From Nageia nagi (Eukaryota > Plantae > Pinophyta), in NCBI GenBank assembly GCA_050084985.1, contig JBITNC010000001.1:81902001-81966000 (forward strand): a stretch of DNA of 64,000 nt. The letters are read 5' to 3'. Shown one piece after another: positions 1 through 12,770 of the stretch; the first letter of the stretch is position 1, and every line of letters starts with the position of its first letter. Below the pieces are notes generated by a model. That model saw nothing but the letters and a program-made list of their open reading frames with translations, was not told where the DNA came from and did not search any database. The position numbers and the translations under genes were made by a program.

Positions 1-1016
1 AAGGTGACACATATTAAGTTTCACTATTAAAATATAACTTTATTTTTACCGATTTTAAAACCAATAAAATCATTTATCACATAGCCAAAGTGTGATGTTG
101 AGATGCATAAGTTAAAAGTTTAGAATAGTTAATTTTGGTGTTATCAACATACTTTATTTAAAGGATTAGGATAAATAATACTATATACCCATTGTTACAA
201 GAAGAATATCTCATAACTCATTTAAATCAAACTTATACCTTATTTTTATCCATAATCATAATCATAAATGTTTGAAAAAAATAAAAAAAATTATTTAAAA
301 AATACTTGCTTAAAAATTAGTATCAATTTTGCACTTTAAAAAAGGTGCTCATAAAAAAAATGTTTTGGCTTTTACTGTTTGAATGAATAGTGATGTAAAA
401 AGTAAAATTCCACATACATTGGACAAAAGATAGAGGACATATATTTATATGTTTTTGTTTTAGCTTAAGGTGTAGCTTTATTAAGGAGTTACACCTTAAG
501 GCTTACAAGGGACATCAGTGGTGGGCCATAACAAGTGGAACCCATACAAAGCAATGGGCCATAATAAGTGGAACTCGTAATAAATGTTTACTCAATATGT
601 GCAATAAATTTTACTCAATATTGCCTAGAAATAATTATTGCTTTCACTCTTCTTATTGAAAACTTAGTAAGTATCTTCCATTTTATTTTTAGGGAAAAAA
701 ATAACTCATCATTCTTGTTAGTTAAAAAGAATACACAATTTTGAAAAAATGGTAAAAATTACAAAAATAATCTGTCCACTTATTTTAAAAAAGTAAGTGT
801 TGTGCTCCCTCGAATAATTTCCCATTTTGAGAAAATAATAAAAACTTAAAAAAAATAAGTGTTTGTGCTCTCTCGAATAATTTTCCATTTTGAGAAAATA
901 ATAACAAACTTTTAATGACCTCCCCCATTTTTATTTTTATTTTTAAAAAATAATGCTAATAATGCTAAATTATCAACCCCCCTTTTTGTTTTGAAAAAAA
1001 TGATGTATGCTCTATT

Positions 1017-1600
1017 TGAAGACTGTTTGTCAATCTCTGAATGTAGATTCTAAAAACATTTACATATAGTTTTCCAACGTATGCCATTGAAGCAGTATGG
1101 ATATCCATCAAGTAGTAATTATTGTGGATGTGAATGCCTAATATTCATGTATGTAAACCTGAGGAATACATAAAAATCAGAATTATGATGTGTATAGATT
1201 CGTGGACTGTAGCGATGCGTTAAAGACTTGAAATCATTTCGATGTAATGACAAACTCTATGTCCTTTACCAGCATTCCTTTTTGGCGTATCTGCTACGTG
1301 AACTAGCGAAGAAGGTATGAAGATCCAACAAAGAGTAGTTGGAATCATTACTCAACGGATGTGGTAATTGAAGAACTATCAATGATAGGCAGAGATGGCA
1401 CAAAGAACTATTGATGCAGATACCGTTACATGGATGACAATAATCTAAGGATATTGGCATAATACATTTTCTGAAAAGGCTCATGAGACTTTTGAGTAGA
1501 TGCAATTGTTGAGTGTAAAGTCAGACTCTGCAACCTTTGCCAGTATTCTTCCAGTGAGTGCTGCTATGGAAGCTTGAGAGTAAGGTGTGGATGTCTGTTA
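1017..1600 (+). pseudogene. Degenerate PLS-class PPR coding fragments forming the LTR (copy 1)
   Basis: 1419-1595 translates DTVTWMTII*GYWHNTFSEKAHETFE*MQLLSVKSDSATFASILPVSAAMEA*E*GVDV. This matches the PPR P/L consensus D.VSW..MI.GY..NG..EKALE.F..MQL.GVKPDS.TFASILPACA.MGALEQG.DIH. Upstream frameshifted pieces read MDIHQVVI, VNA.IFMYVN, DSWTV, TNSMSFTSI, EEGMKIQQRVVG. Confidence 0.88.
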
Positions 1601-1620
1601 TAGTAGCTAAGTTGTCTACA
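1017..1620 (-). repeat. 3' LTR of copia element 1 (604 bp)
   Basis: Runs tgaagact...gttgtctaca. About 37 substitutions versus 5908-6511 by eye (~6%, almost all transitions), no indels seen. Adjacent to the PPT. Confidence 0.96.
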
Positions 1621-4600
1621 TTCTCCCCCTTGATGCAAAGAGGACTCACCATGGAGTCTCTGAGCATCACATACTGAGCTTTGACAACACCTTTTGTGAA
1701 AATATCAGCCAAGTTGATCTTGGTGTTGCAATAGTGAAGCTCAATTTGGTCCTTCTCCACCATGTCACGAATGAAGTGGTACTTGAGTTGGAAGTGCTTT
1801 GACCTGCTGTGGTGGATGGGATTGTGTGCCAACTGAATGGCACTTTGATTATCACAGTAAAGAATTATTGGTCCATGTTGTTTCTCACCAATTTCATCAA
1901 GTAGTTTCCTTATCCATAAGGCTTGTGCACTAGCTACGGTGAGGGATATATACTCAACCTCACAAGAAGAGAGAGCAATTGTAGATTGCTTCTTAGAACT
2001 CCATGTTATCATTCCTAAACCAAGTGAGAAACATTGCCCAGAAGTGGACTTCCTATCATCCAAATTGCTGCCCCAATCACTGTCACTAAAACCAACAAGC
2101 TTAAACTTTTCAACATGAGAGTAGTGAAGACCATAACCAATGGTACCTTTGACATACCTCAAAATGCATTTTACAACCTTCAAATGCAAAATAGAAGGAT
2201 CATTCATGTATCTAGATACCAAAGAGATAGCAAATTGTATATCAGGCCTAGTGTTACAAAGGAACATAAGGCTGCCAACTATGCTTCTAAATTCTGTCAC
2301 ACTTGCTTTTGGAGCACCATCATCCTTACAAAGCAACTCACCATGAGCTATAGGATTGTGAACATCAGTACAATTCATCATACCATACTTGGAAAGCATG
2401 TCCCTTGCATATTTACTTTGACAAACAAAAATCTCTTCTTGATATTGGTGGACCTCCATGCCAAGAAAGTACCTCATAAGGCCCAAATCCTTCATTTCAA
2501 ACTCATTCATCAAATCAGTCTTAAATTTGTTGTTCAAGATGGGATCACTTCCCATATATATTAAATCATCAACATAAAGAGAAACAAGCAAAATCTGATT
2601 ACCTTCTCTCTTGATGTAGAGTGTTGGCTCATTCTTGCTCCTCATGAGTCCAAAATTCTGAAAATATCCATCTATGCGAGTGTACCAAGCTCTTGGAGCT
2701 TGCTTAAGACCATACAAGGCCTTCTTGAGCTTGTACACATGATGTTCTTTGCCTTGCACTTGAAAACCTTGAGGCTGCTGTATAAAAACCTCTTCATCCA
2801 AGTAACCATTTAAGAATGCACTCTTCACATCCATGTGGTAAACACTCCAATGGTTTTGGGCAGCCATTGAAAGGAGCAACCTTACTATTTCTTGCCTTGC
2901 AACCAGTGCAAAAGTCTCTTCAAAGTATACACCATATTTTTGTGTGAAGCCTTTAGCAACCAATCTCGCTTTGTGTCTCTCTATGGTACCATCACTATTG
3001 TACTTGGTCTTGTAGACCCACTTGGAGCCCACACACCTCTTTCCTTTGGGCAACTCACAAAGTTCCCAAGTGTCATTTTTGTTTATGGAGTGAGCTCCTC
3101 TTGCATAGCCTTCACCCACATATTTTTGGTGTAAGCTTCCTCATAACAAGATGGATCAAAAATAGAAATATTAGTATCTTGGGCTACACACAAAGCATAG
3201 TTCACCATCTCACCCTTTGGATCCTCATCAAGTTCCATATTGCTAAATTGCTTAACAAACTTCTCCATTTCATGAAATTGACTTCTTGTTAATCTTTGAT
3301 GGAAATTTTGATCTAAAACATGAGAAGGAGGATGGTTTTGAAAGTGTCTTTTACCTCTCTTGGTCTTCATCACTTCTTGGATCACATTTGGAGAGCCACC
3401 ACTTGAAGGTGAGCTTGGAGTGGATTTTGAGCTTTGAGATGGACTTGATGGAGGACTTGGAGGCATCAATTGGAGGTTTGGTAGAGAATTTGATCTCTTG
3501 GGCTGCACATTCTTTGTTTGTGAAGTATCTTCATGGCTGGTCACTCCTCCTCCAATGTATGCAATGCATTTTTGCTGCTGTCCATACACTTTCACCTCCT
3601 CAAAAATGACATCCCGGGAGATAAGTGTTTTCTTGGTTTTGGGGTTGTAAAGCCTATATGATTTACTCTCATCACTGTATCCAATGAACACACATGGTTC
3701 ACTCTTTGCATCCAACTTTTTTCTATGCTCCTTTGGCACATGAGCATATGCCAAACACCCAAAAACTCTAAAATGCCGGACAGTAGGCTTCTTATCATAC
3801 CAAGCCTCATAGGGGGTCTTACCTTCAACGACACTAGTGGAACACCTATTCAAGATGTAGTTTACTATCTTTACCACTTCAGCCCAATACATGTAATGTA
3901 ATTTTTTGGATTGCATCAAACATCTTGCCATCTCCATGAGAGTTCTATTCTTCCTCTCTGCCACAACATTTTGTTGAGGAGTATAAGCTGTAGTAAACTG
4001 TCTTTTGATGCCATTTTGCTTGCAAAACTTAGAAAAATTAGTAGAAGAATACTCTCCTCATCTATCACTCCTCACACATTTAATCTTATGTTCACACTCA
4101 ATCTCAACCATCTCTTTGAATTCTTTAAAAAACTCAAATGCTTCATCTTTATGCTTCAAAAAATAGACCCAACACATTCTACTAAAATCATCAATGAAGG
4201 TGAGAAAATAAGAACTCATACCAAGACTTTTATTTTGCATTGGTCCACATAAATCAGTATGAACCAACTATAGTGGGAATGAGGCCCTCCATGCTTTCCC
4301 ATGATCAAATTTCTGCCTTGTTTTCTTGCCCAACACATAACCTTCACAAACTGATTTTGGATTTTCAATAAGAGGTAAACCATGAACTAGCTCATGAGAT
4401 AGTTTTAAACTACTGAAATTTATATGTCCAAATCTAAGATGCCATAACCAAGACTCATTTTTAATAGCCACATTTGCAAGAATATTATCCCCATTTTCTC
4501 CAAGTTTCAATGGGAATAAATGATTTGGAGACATTTTAACAGTAGAAACTAACTTATACACATGGTTCTTATCAAAAATTTCACACTTACCCTCATCAAA

Positions 4601-5800
4601 GACTAGCTTGTAGTTATTTTCCAACATTTGCCCAATACTCAACAAACTATGAGCCATATCTAGAGTGTGATACACATTATGCATCTTCTTCATCCCATGC
4701 TTGGTAGGCACCTCAAGCATGCCTTTACCAGCCACCTCAATTGTAGAATTATTGCCAAGCTTGATACTTGACTTGTAGGAATGGTCCATGGATGAAAGTA
4801 GCTCCCCCTTACCGATCATATGGTTTGAACATCCAGAGTCCAACAACCAAGTCTCCTCTTGTTTTGTTTCAGCCATATGCGCTGTCTCCTCCATGGAAAG
4901 AAAGAGAGTTTCACCATACTCTTCTTCCTCTCCATAATTTGCCACTTTTTCATCACCATTTGCAGCTTGTTTTGCTCTACACTCCCTCGCATAATGCCCA
5001 TACTTATTGCAGTAGTAACATTGAGCATTCCTCTTGTCACCATTACTTCTACCTCTTCCTCTTGTGTTGGAATAGCCTCCTCTTCCTCTACCTCTACCTC
5101 TCCCTCTTTGCTAGCCTCTACCTCTGCCTCTACCTTGTCCATTTGAGCTAGAATCACCTTCTTTTGCAGCAAAGGCTTTCTCCTCTTTACTGGATTGGAC
5201 TGGTTCATCATCAACCATTTCTTAATGAGACATAAGGCAGCCAATGAGGGAATCTATCTCCATTTGAGAGAGGTCTTTTGTCTCCATCAATATCATAGCA
5301 ATGTGATGCCACTTCTTGGTAAGAGATCTCAAATTTTTTTTGATTACAATGGCCTTCTCCAAGGTCTCTCCAAGTGTTAGCATTTTGTTCATAATCTCTC
5401 TCACTCTAACATAATAATCTGAAGCTTTTTCACTCTCCTTCATTTTTAAATTCTCAAATTCTATCCTTAGAGTCTGCAATTTTACCTCCTTCACTTGATC
5501 ACTCCCTTGGAATCCTACCTTCAACACAGCCCAAGCCTCTTTGGCTGTCTTGCAACCTGCAATTCTTGGAAAAATGCTCCTATCAAGAGCTACTTGGAGA
5601 TGAGATAGGGTAAGAGAGTTCTTGCTCCTACATTCCTTCATAGCTTTCTTATCATCTACTGAAAGAGAGCTCCAATCTGCTGGAACAACATCCCACAAAT
5701 CTTTGCCAGTGAGCAAAGTTTGTATCTTGATGCTCCAATATCCATAGTCACTACCATCAAACTCTGGAATGGGAATGGATGAGCTTGTGTTGCTGGCCAT
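1521..5800 (-). pseudogene. Copia gag-pol polyprotein (Gag, CCHC knuckle, protease, GAG-pre-integrase, integrase, RT, RNase H)
   Basis: Motifs IPEFDGSDYGYW, CYYCNKYGHYAREC, WLLDSGCSNHM, WHLRFGH, VHTDLCGP, AERKNRT, HMDVKSAFLNG, LYVDDL, FSDSDW, ADIFTK. One frame broken by stops near 5222, 5111, 4268 and 4058 and by one frameshift near 3090. Confidence 0.96.
1621..1630 (-). promoter_or_regulatory. Polypurine tract of copia element 1
   Basis: Minus strand agggggagaa immediately before the 3' LTR. Confidence 0.9.
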
Positions 5801-5893
5801 TATACCTGCAAATAAGAAACCAAAACACTACAAGCAACTTTTGCAATTGCTAGAAGCCACAGGCTTTCTCAAACCCAGCTCAGACCCCTCAAT

Positions 5894-5905
5894 GCTCTGA
5901 TACTA
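5894..5905 (-). promoter_or_regulatory. Primer binding site (tRNA-iMet type)
   Basis: Minus strand tagtatcagagc, one mismatch to the canonical tggtatcagagc, 2 nt from the LTR. Confidence 0.9.
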
Positions 5906-5907
5906 AG

Positions 5908-6490
5908 TGAAGACTATTTGTCAATCTCTGAATATAGATTCTAAAAACATTTACATATAGTTTTCCAATGTATGCCATTGAAGTAGTATGGATATCCATC
6001 AAGTAGTAATTATTGTGGATGTGAATGCCTAATATTCATGTATGTAAACCTAAGGAATACACAAGGATCAGAATTATGATGTGTATAGATTCGTGGACTG
6101 TAGCGGTGCGTTAAAGACTTGAAATCATTCTGATGTAATGACAAACTCTACGTCCTTTACCAGCATTCCTTTTTGGCGTATCTGCTGCATGAACTAGCGA
6201 AGAAGGTATGAAGATCCAACAAAGAGTAGTTGGAATCGTTACTCAGCGGATGTGGTAATTGAAGAACTATCAATGATAGGTGGAGATGGCACAAAGAATT
6301 GTTGATGCAGATACCATTACATGGACGGTAATAATCTAAGGATATTGGCATAATACATTTTCTGAAAAGGCTCATGAGACTTTCGAGTAGATGCTATTAT
6401 TGAGTGTAAAGTCAGACTCTGCAACCTTTGCCAGTATTCTTCTAGCGAGCGCTACTATGGGAGCTTGAGAGCAAGGTGTGGACATCCGTT
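5908..6490 (+). pseudogene. Degenerate PLS-class PPR coding fragments forming the LTR (copy 2)
   Basis: Same frames as copy 1. This copy reads ITWTVII*GY...ATFASILLASATMGA*EQGVDIR, closer to the PPR consensus at several sites. Confidence 0.88.
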
Positions 6491-6511
6491 ATAGTAGCTG
6501 AGTTGTCTACA
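5908..6511 (-). repeat. 5' LTR of copia element 1 (604 bp)
   Basis: Direct repeat of 1017-1620, adjacent to the PBS. Confidence 0.96.
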
Positions 6512-7355
6512 CTAGTGGGATGGGAAAAGGTACTTAGGAATAATTTCATTTGTTGTAATTCAACAACAAGGCACCTTGAAAAAAAAATAACTTAATAAAA
6601 AATTATCCTCCATGAATGAATTGTGTAAAGGACATGAGTAACATTCACATCTAGAAGGTCAACAAAGCATTTTAAATGAGGTAATAAAATTAATTGTACC
6701 CAACTATAAACAATCACCCAACCCAAAAAGCAACAGGGTTTAGATTCATCTATTTATCCTTAAAAAATGAACAAAAGATTTTTTATTTGTTTGATATGAA
6801 ATGTCTATGGGAGGCTTGGAGTAGGAACTGATTGTTAGTGTGTTTTGTGATCTAGTTTTTGTAATGAGTGATGAAAAGAATAGGGGCTACATGCCATCCA
6901 ATAGGGCCATACCCTGAGGGGACTACACACCACCCAAAACTAGGTTGTGTGCCACCCAACAAGGCTAAGCCTTGACGGGGCTGCAACCTATGAGTAGCGC
7001 ACCACCTATGAGGGGATCACACCCTATGGGTGATGCATCTCCCACGAGGGGGAAGCCCCTTTGGTCCATACACTAGTACCCATGAGGGGGTCGCACCCTA
7101 TGGGTGATGCACCACTCGCAAGGAGGCTGCACCCAACTAGGGCATGGGGGATGAGAGCACCTATAGAGGGTTGTTCCCTTAGGGGGGCCGCACCCACCCA
7201 AGGTGATGAGCACCAACCACTAGAGGTGGAAGCGGTGAGGGGAAAGCCATTATATATATATATATATTTATATATATTTAACTAAAAAAATAATCTATCT
7301 ATAAGATTTTATTATTAATACATAACAATAGATATTTTTTGATATATAAATATAT

Positions 7356-7580
7356 AAGATGTGCATAAAAATTGGTACCAAAGTCTTGTAAATTTGTAAA
7401 ATAAATGCACAAATATATTTTACAAGATATACAAGATGTGCATAAAAATTAGTGCTAAAGTCTTGTAAATTTGTAAAATAAAGGCACAAATATATTTTAC
7501 AAGATATATAAGATATGCATTAAAAATGGTACCAAAGTCTTATAAATTTGTAAAATAAGTGCACAAATATATTTTACAAG
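7356..7580. repeat. 77-bp tandem repeat, about 3 copies
   Basis: Units start at 7356, 7433 and 7510 (aagatgtgcataaaaatt...tattttacaagatat). Confidence 0.9.
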
Positions 7581-8199
7581 GTCTTCCTTCTTGTAAATAA
7601 TATATTTTCATCATATATATAGATATTTTCACAAGAAAAGAACAATAGAAAATAGTCATAGATAAACAATTTTTGTAAAAGATCAAATTATAAAAATAAT
7701 TTGGAACTTTTCATAAAAAAAATTAACATATTGTTATGTATGCAATTTTTTTTTTAAGAATTATTTATATTGTAAAGAAAAAAATTTTCAACTACTAAAA
7801 AGAATTGCAAATTTTTTTACAAAGTAACTAATATAGTTAATAATGTTAGAGACTAACATATATATAAAATAATACATAAAATTGCATAAATATTAAACCC
7901 TTTTAAAAAAAGGTTAATCTCTTAAAAAAGGAGAATGTTAGTATCAAAAATAGTTAGGAAGCATTAATATCATTCCTAATTTGTAAGCTATTCTTACACC
8001 AAGAACCTATTTTAACACATATATAAGCTTAAAGATTAATCTTAACAAAAAAAGCTTGTGTAAGAAAACTTTAGAAAAAGTTAAATTTCAACAAAATAAT
8101 TGCGAACAAAATAGTTTACAAAATGTAAGAGAGTGAGGAGAAGATTTATACCTTGAGATGGTTTCACCTCACAAGATGATAGGAAGATTTTCAAGGGAA

Positions 8200-8707
8200 G
8201 CTTTGATACCAAATAAAGAAGATGAAGTAGTTCTTTATCTCCACCCAAGATAACCTTGGATGGAAACTTCCACTAATCTTAAGAACACATAGATCATTCA
8301 TATGAGAGAACACAAATATGTATAGTGGTTCCTCAAACTAAGGGAGTATATCCACTTGAACCATCTCAAGAAATCTAACTCTCTCTATAATTAGAAGCAT
8401 TTTAAGCTTCCTGCAAGATCAAGCTCTCTTCATACTACAAGCATGAGAGTGCTTTCTATAAGTGTGTATTGCAATAAGCCCAAGCTCTCTATTTATAGGT
8501 GAAAACCTCATCTTAACTCATATTTTAACCTAAGGTTTACATAGGGTTAGCATGGACAAGTGTCATTCTTAGGTACAATCAAAGTCTTCCACTACTTTAT
8601 CACTTTTAGGTATTTAGTGATAAAATAGGGAATTACATAAAATAATTATTATACTTAGATACCATATAAATATTAACTTACACAATAATACATTATATAT
8701 TCTAATA
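8200..8707 (-). mobile_element. Old 5' LTR (about 8214-8707) with PBS, copia-type
   Basis: PBS gctttgatacca at 8200-8211. Minus-strand TATA cctataaatagag near 8490-8500. Shares blocks (gtggttcctc..gagtaYatccact, ctctatttatag, cattat..attcYaaYa) and length with LTR 35109-35608. Confidence 0.65.
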
Positions 8708-9149
8708 AAGAGAAAAAGTTTACAACAAATATAATTCATCTGAAACCCTTATATATATGATCATGCCCAATTAAGTCAATCTAATTTTCATTTTTTTATG
8801 ATAGTGTGATTTCAAATGTAAGTTTTAGTTTTAGGATCATATCTCTATACAAAATTATTTTTTTGCTACCAATGTTATCCATGAGCTGCCTATTAGTCCA
8901 CATACTTATTTCAATGATACATCAAGCCTTTGGTTCATAGGAAAAAACCTTTCAAAAATAAAAAGCATCAAGATTGAAATCTAAACAAAAAAATTTCCAC
9001 CCAATTCAAGATAGATCATTAAAAAAATATTTTTAAGAAATTATTTCATAAGAAAAAAATTATTTAATTTTATTTCATCTTTATTCATCATAAGGAATTT
9101 GTTTCTCAAAAATTTAAGGTAGACACCTTATGTTCACTAGCATTGATGT

Positions 9150-11969
9150 TCCTAGTAATGTCAACACTGGTGTACATTAACCATAGAAAAGTGAAGTGGT
9201 AGGGAGGATAGATAAGATTATGTTGAGATGGATTGGAGTATGTTGTAAACCAAGGAGATGAGAACATAATATTTGTTAGGCTAATGTAGTCTAAATAATT
9301 GTATACATTTTGAATATGAGTCTTGCTGGTAGCTTAGACAAGATGGCTTCTTATGTGGCTTGATATGAAAAGAAACCTAATATCACTAATTTTAAAGTTT
9401 TTATATGTTTAATTAATGCTCATTTAGTTAATGAACTTAGGATAAAGTTTGATAGTAAGAGTTAAGTATATAATTTTATTGGTTATTATGAAAGTAATAA
9501 AGGTTATAAGGTTCATGACCTCAAAAATCATACAATTGTGATCTCTAAAGATGTGATTTGAAGGGAGAGTATATGATCATCAAAAATTATATGTGGATGA
9601 TGGTAGTACTAGTGATTGATATTATAATATGTATCTTATATATCCCTCTTCAAAATTAGGTCCATAAAGTTTATTAACAATCCCTTTAAATAGTCCAATA
9701 CAAAGTTCTTCAAGTCCCTCTTCTAGTAATTCCTCACATAATATCATTTTCAAACTAATGAAGATAAAAAAGGGGAAAAAGCTCTTAAAATTCATATCTC
9801 AACACAAATTTTAGATAACTTTCACAAGAGGCTCACTAGAGGTTAAGCCTAATAAATTAACTATGTTATTGAAAGGTTTTAAAAACTTCTAATGTATAGT
9901 GATGAAGATGAAGGTAAGCTAAAGGGTGATGTAGTTAATTATGATTTGATGACTATTACTAATTTTTAACCTTCTTAATATGATGAATCATATACTAATG
10001 GTATTTCTATGCAATACATGAATGAAGAAATTAATTACATTGATAAGAATGATACTTGGGAGCTTGTAGAATTATCAAGAAAGAAAAGTATGAGCTCCAA
10101 ATGGGTCTATAAGAGTAAGTATAAAAATGATGATAATATTAAGAGGTATAATTTTCTAAGTTTATGGAAAATGAATTCAGACAAAGGTATGGAATTGATT
10201 ATGAAGAAATTTTTTTATTTGTATCTAGATAAGAAATAATAAGAATGGTGCTTTGCTTGGCCAATAAAAAATATTGGATTGTACATCACTTAGAAGTAAA
10301 ATTATATTTGAATGGAGATTATATGAAGAAGTGTATGTACAAAAATCTCAAGTTTTTGAGATCAAAGGGAAGTAAAATCATGTATATAGGTTGAAGAAAT
10401 TTTTTTTTAGCCTTATGCAAGCACCAAGGGATTGGATTAACATATTGATTAATACTTTCATCAACATAGCTCCAAGAGAAGAAAGAGTAAGCCTAATCTA
10501 TATTTAAAGAAAAAAGTTAATGCTATTCTACTTGTTTATTTGTATGTTGATGACTTGATTTATATGAGTAGTAGTTCCAAGTTGAAATATTTTGGATTGA
10601 TACATTATTTTATTTGAATGGAGGTGCATCAAAGTAAGGATGAGATTTTTAGTTTTCAAACTAATTATACAAAGGACATGTTAAACAAATATGGCATGGG
10701 TAGCTAAATACTACTATGTACTTCTATTCTACATTGCAAGTTTTCATATAAAGATGATGGTGTTAAAAAGGTGAATGCAACTAATTATAGGATTTTTATT
10801 AAGATCTTGATATTTCCAAGAAATGCTAGGTCAAATATGACACATGTTATCTCACTTGCTTTTAAGTATATGAGTGAGCCTCTTACATTTGAAGGATACT
10901 AAGTAAAGTTTATGGTATATTAAAGGTATTGTTGACTTTGGAATGCATTATTTTCTTACTAAAGAGATGGAGTTGGTTGGGTTTAGTGAATTATATTAGG
11001 GAATTAATTTGGATGATAAAAATTCCACATTTGGTAATTATTTTTCTCTTGGATCTAGGTTGATCACTTGGATTTTAAGGAAGAAAGGATCAATGTCACT
11101 CTCTTCAACTAAAGATGAGTATATTGCACTTACTTTAGTTGCTATTCAAGCTTTATAGATTATAAAAGGTATCACAAGATATGTGTGAAAAATAGAGTTC
11201 TCCTCCTACTAATTTCTATGATAATATGAGTACCATACACTTGGTACAAAATCCCATCCATCGTATCAAGTTCAAGCATTTTGACATGAATATTCACTTC
11301 ATTTTTGATATGGTAGAAAAGAAATAAGTTAAAATGAGGTATTATAACACCCATGAACAATTAGTTAATGTCTTTACCAAAGGTATGGTTAAATATTAAT
11401 TTCTTAAATTAATAAATAGTCTTGTGAGATCTATTATCTTAAAGAATATGAATGTTGGAATATGATGCTAATCATGTGGAATTTTTGCATCAACACAATG
11501 AGTTTGTAACTCATTTGTAATAGTATTGTATAAGAATAAGTAGTTAATATGAATAGTTCAATTTGTAACAATATTAGACTATTATCTTGCACATAGAAAA
11601 TGTAGAATATTTTGTGTTATAGTAAGAGATTGTAAAAATATATTACAATACTTTTAGTTTCATATGGAATAGTGAAAATTATTTTTCAAGTTCTATATTT
11701 TTATGTGTGTGCAATCCAAAGTTTCTATTAGAAACATGTCATCTTACAAAGGCCATATATTTCTTTGTATTAATGTTTTTACTATGTGTAATATGTTCTT
11801 GAAAATCTCATTTCAAGATAATTAAAATGATATATAATTAATTCATGCAATTATACCATAGAATTGCTACTGATGTAGTTAACTTTTATCATGATTTTCT
11901 AGAGTTATACTACTCTATTTTCAAATTGCATTATACTATTAGAAATATATGTTTGAGTGCCTTTTATCA
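9150..11969 (+). mobile_element. Highly decayed, 5'-truncated Ty1/copia (INT-RT-RH plus probable 3' LTR from about 11452), same lineage as element 1
   Basis: Motifs MNEEINYIDKNDTWELVEL..KWVYKSKY and LYVDDLIYM. The INT-RT linker (KLMKIKKGKK..DNFHKRLTRG) is homologous to element 1 (VMKTKRGKR..QNFHQRLTRS). The right boundary is uncertain. Confidence 0.85.
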
Positions 11970-12574
11970 ATATATAGTACTCCATACATTATGTAGGTTT
12001 TTATAATTTATTTTCCATAAAATTTCCATCAATTTATTGAGATCACCACCTAATGATTTGATTATTTCCTCATTAGTTTAGGGTTTCTTATTTTGAAGTT
12101 TATTTCTTACTTCATTGTTGAATTATTTTCTACACAAATCTCTAATAAAGGGAACCAAGGAAAAAATAATACCCTCTATCTCAAGAATTAATAAGCTAAT
12201 GTATACTCTACATGATTGAAAAGGAATTCCTAAAAAGACATAGAGAAAAGTGACTATAAGAATATATAACATCTCATATGATATCTCATGGTTACCTCAA
12301 AGATGAAATCAACATAATATATCATCATATCATATTATAATATAATTAAAATTTAGTAATTATGACTCATCTTATATCAAAAAATAAAAAAGTGGAAGAG
12401 AGGACTTTACTTTAAAGGATTGATAAGAAAAATCTCTAATCTCCAAGATTGATAAGGTTATCCTCCAAATCATAAGGATCATATGAAATAATCATCTAAA
12501 AGAATTATATAAATAATGTTTTAAAAGGTTCATTTAAAAGAATCATCAATATCGATAGACATCCATAAGGAAAG

Positions 12575-12770
12575 TGATAGAACCAAGTGCTTCATTTCCC
12601 AAGTACCAAAAGGGAAAGATTAATCCATCTCAACATGCTTTAAGATTGAAGTGCTCAAATCAATTATGTAATACCCTAAGTACCAAAAGGGAAAGTCTCA
12701 TCTATCTTAGGAGAATTTAAGATAGAAGTACTAAAACTAGATACTTCATGCCCTAAGTACCAAAAATAGA
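12575..12770. repeat. Degenerate ~76-bp tandem repeat x3 (core ccYaagtaccaaaagggaaag)
   Basis: Core seen near 12599, 12674 and 12751. Probably lies inside an old LTR. Confidence 0.6.

Larger units (their letters stand above)
1017..6511 (-). mobile_element. Ty1/copia LTR retrotransposon, structurally complete, coding region inactivated
   Basis: Two 604-bp direct repeats (1017-1620, 5908-6511) bounded by TG..CA. Near-perfect 5-bp TSD (ctatt 1012-1016 / ctagt 6512-6516). tRNA-iMet-type PBS and PPT in the expected positions. Domain order gag-PR-INT-RT-RH. Confidence 0.97.

Noticed and set aside
1266-1505. 79-aa minus-strand ORF, repeated at 6157-6375, as a small gene
   Set aside because: It is the antisense shadow of the PPR-derived LTR and is duplicated only because the LTR is.
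4768-5244. Overlapping ORFs 4768-5151, 4816-5244 and 4859-5146
   Set aside because: Off-frame or antisense readings of the RG-rich gag linker.
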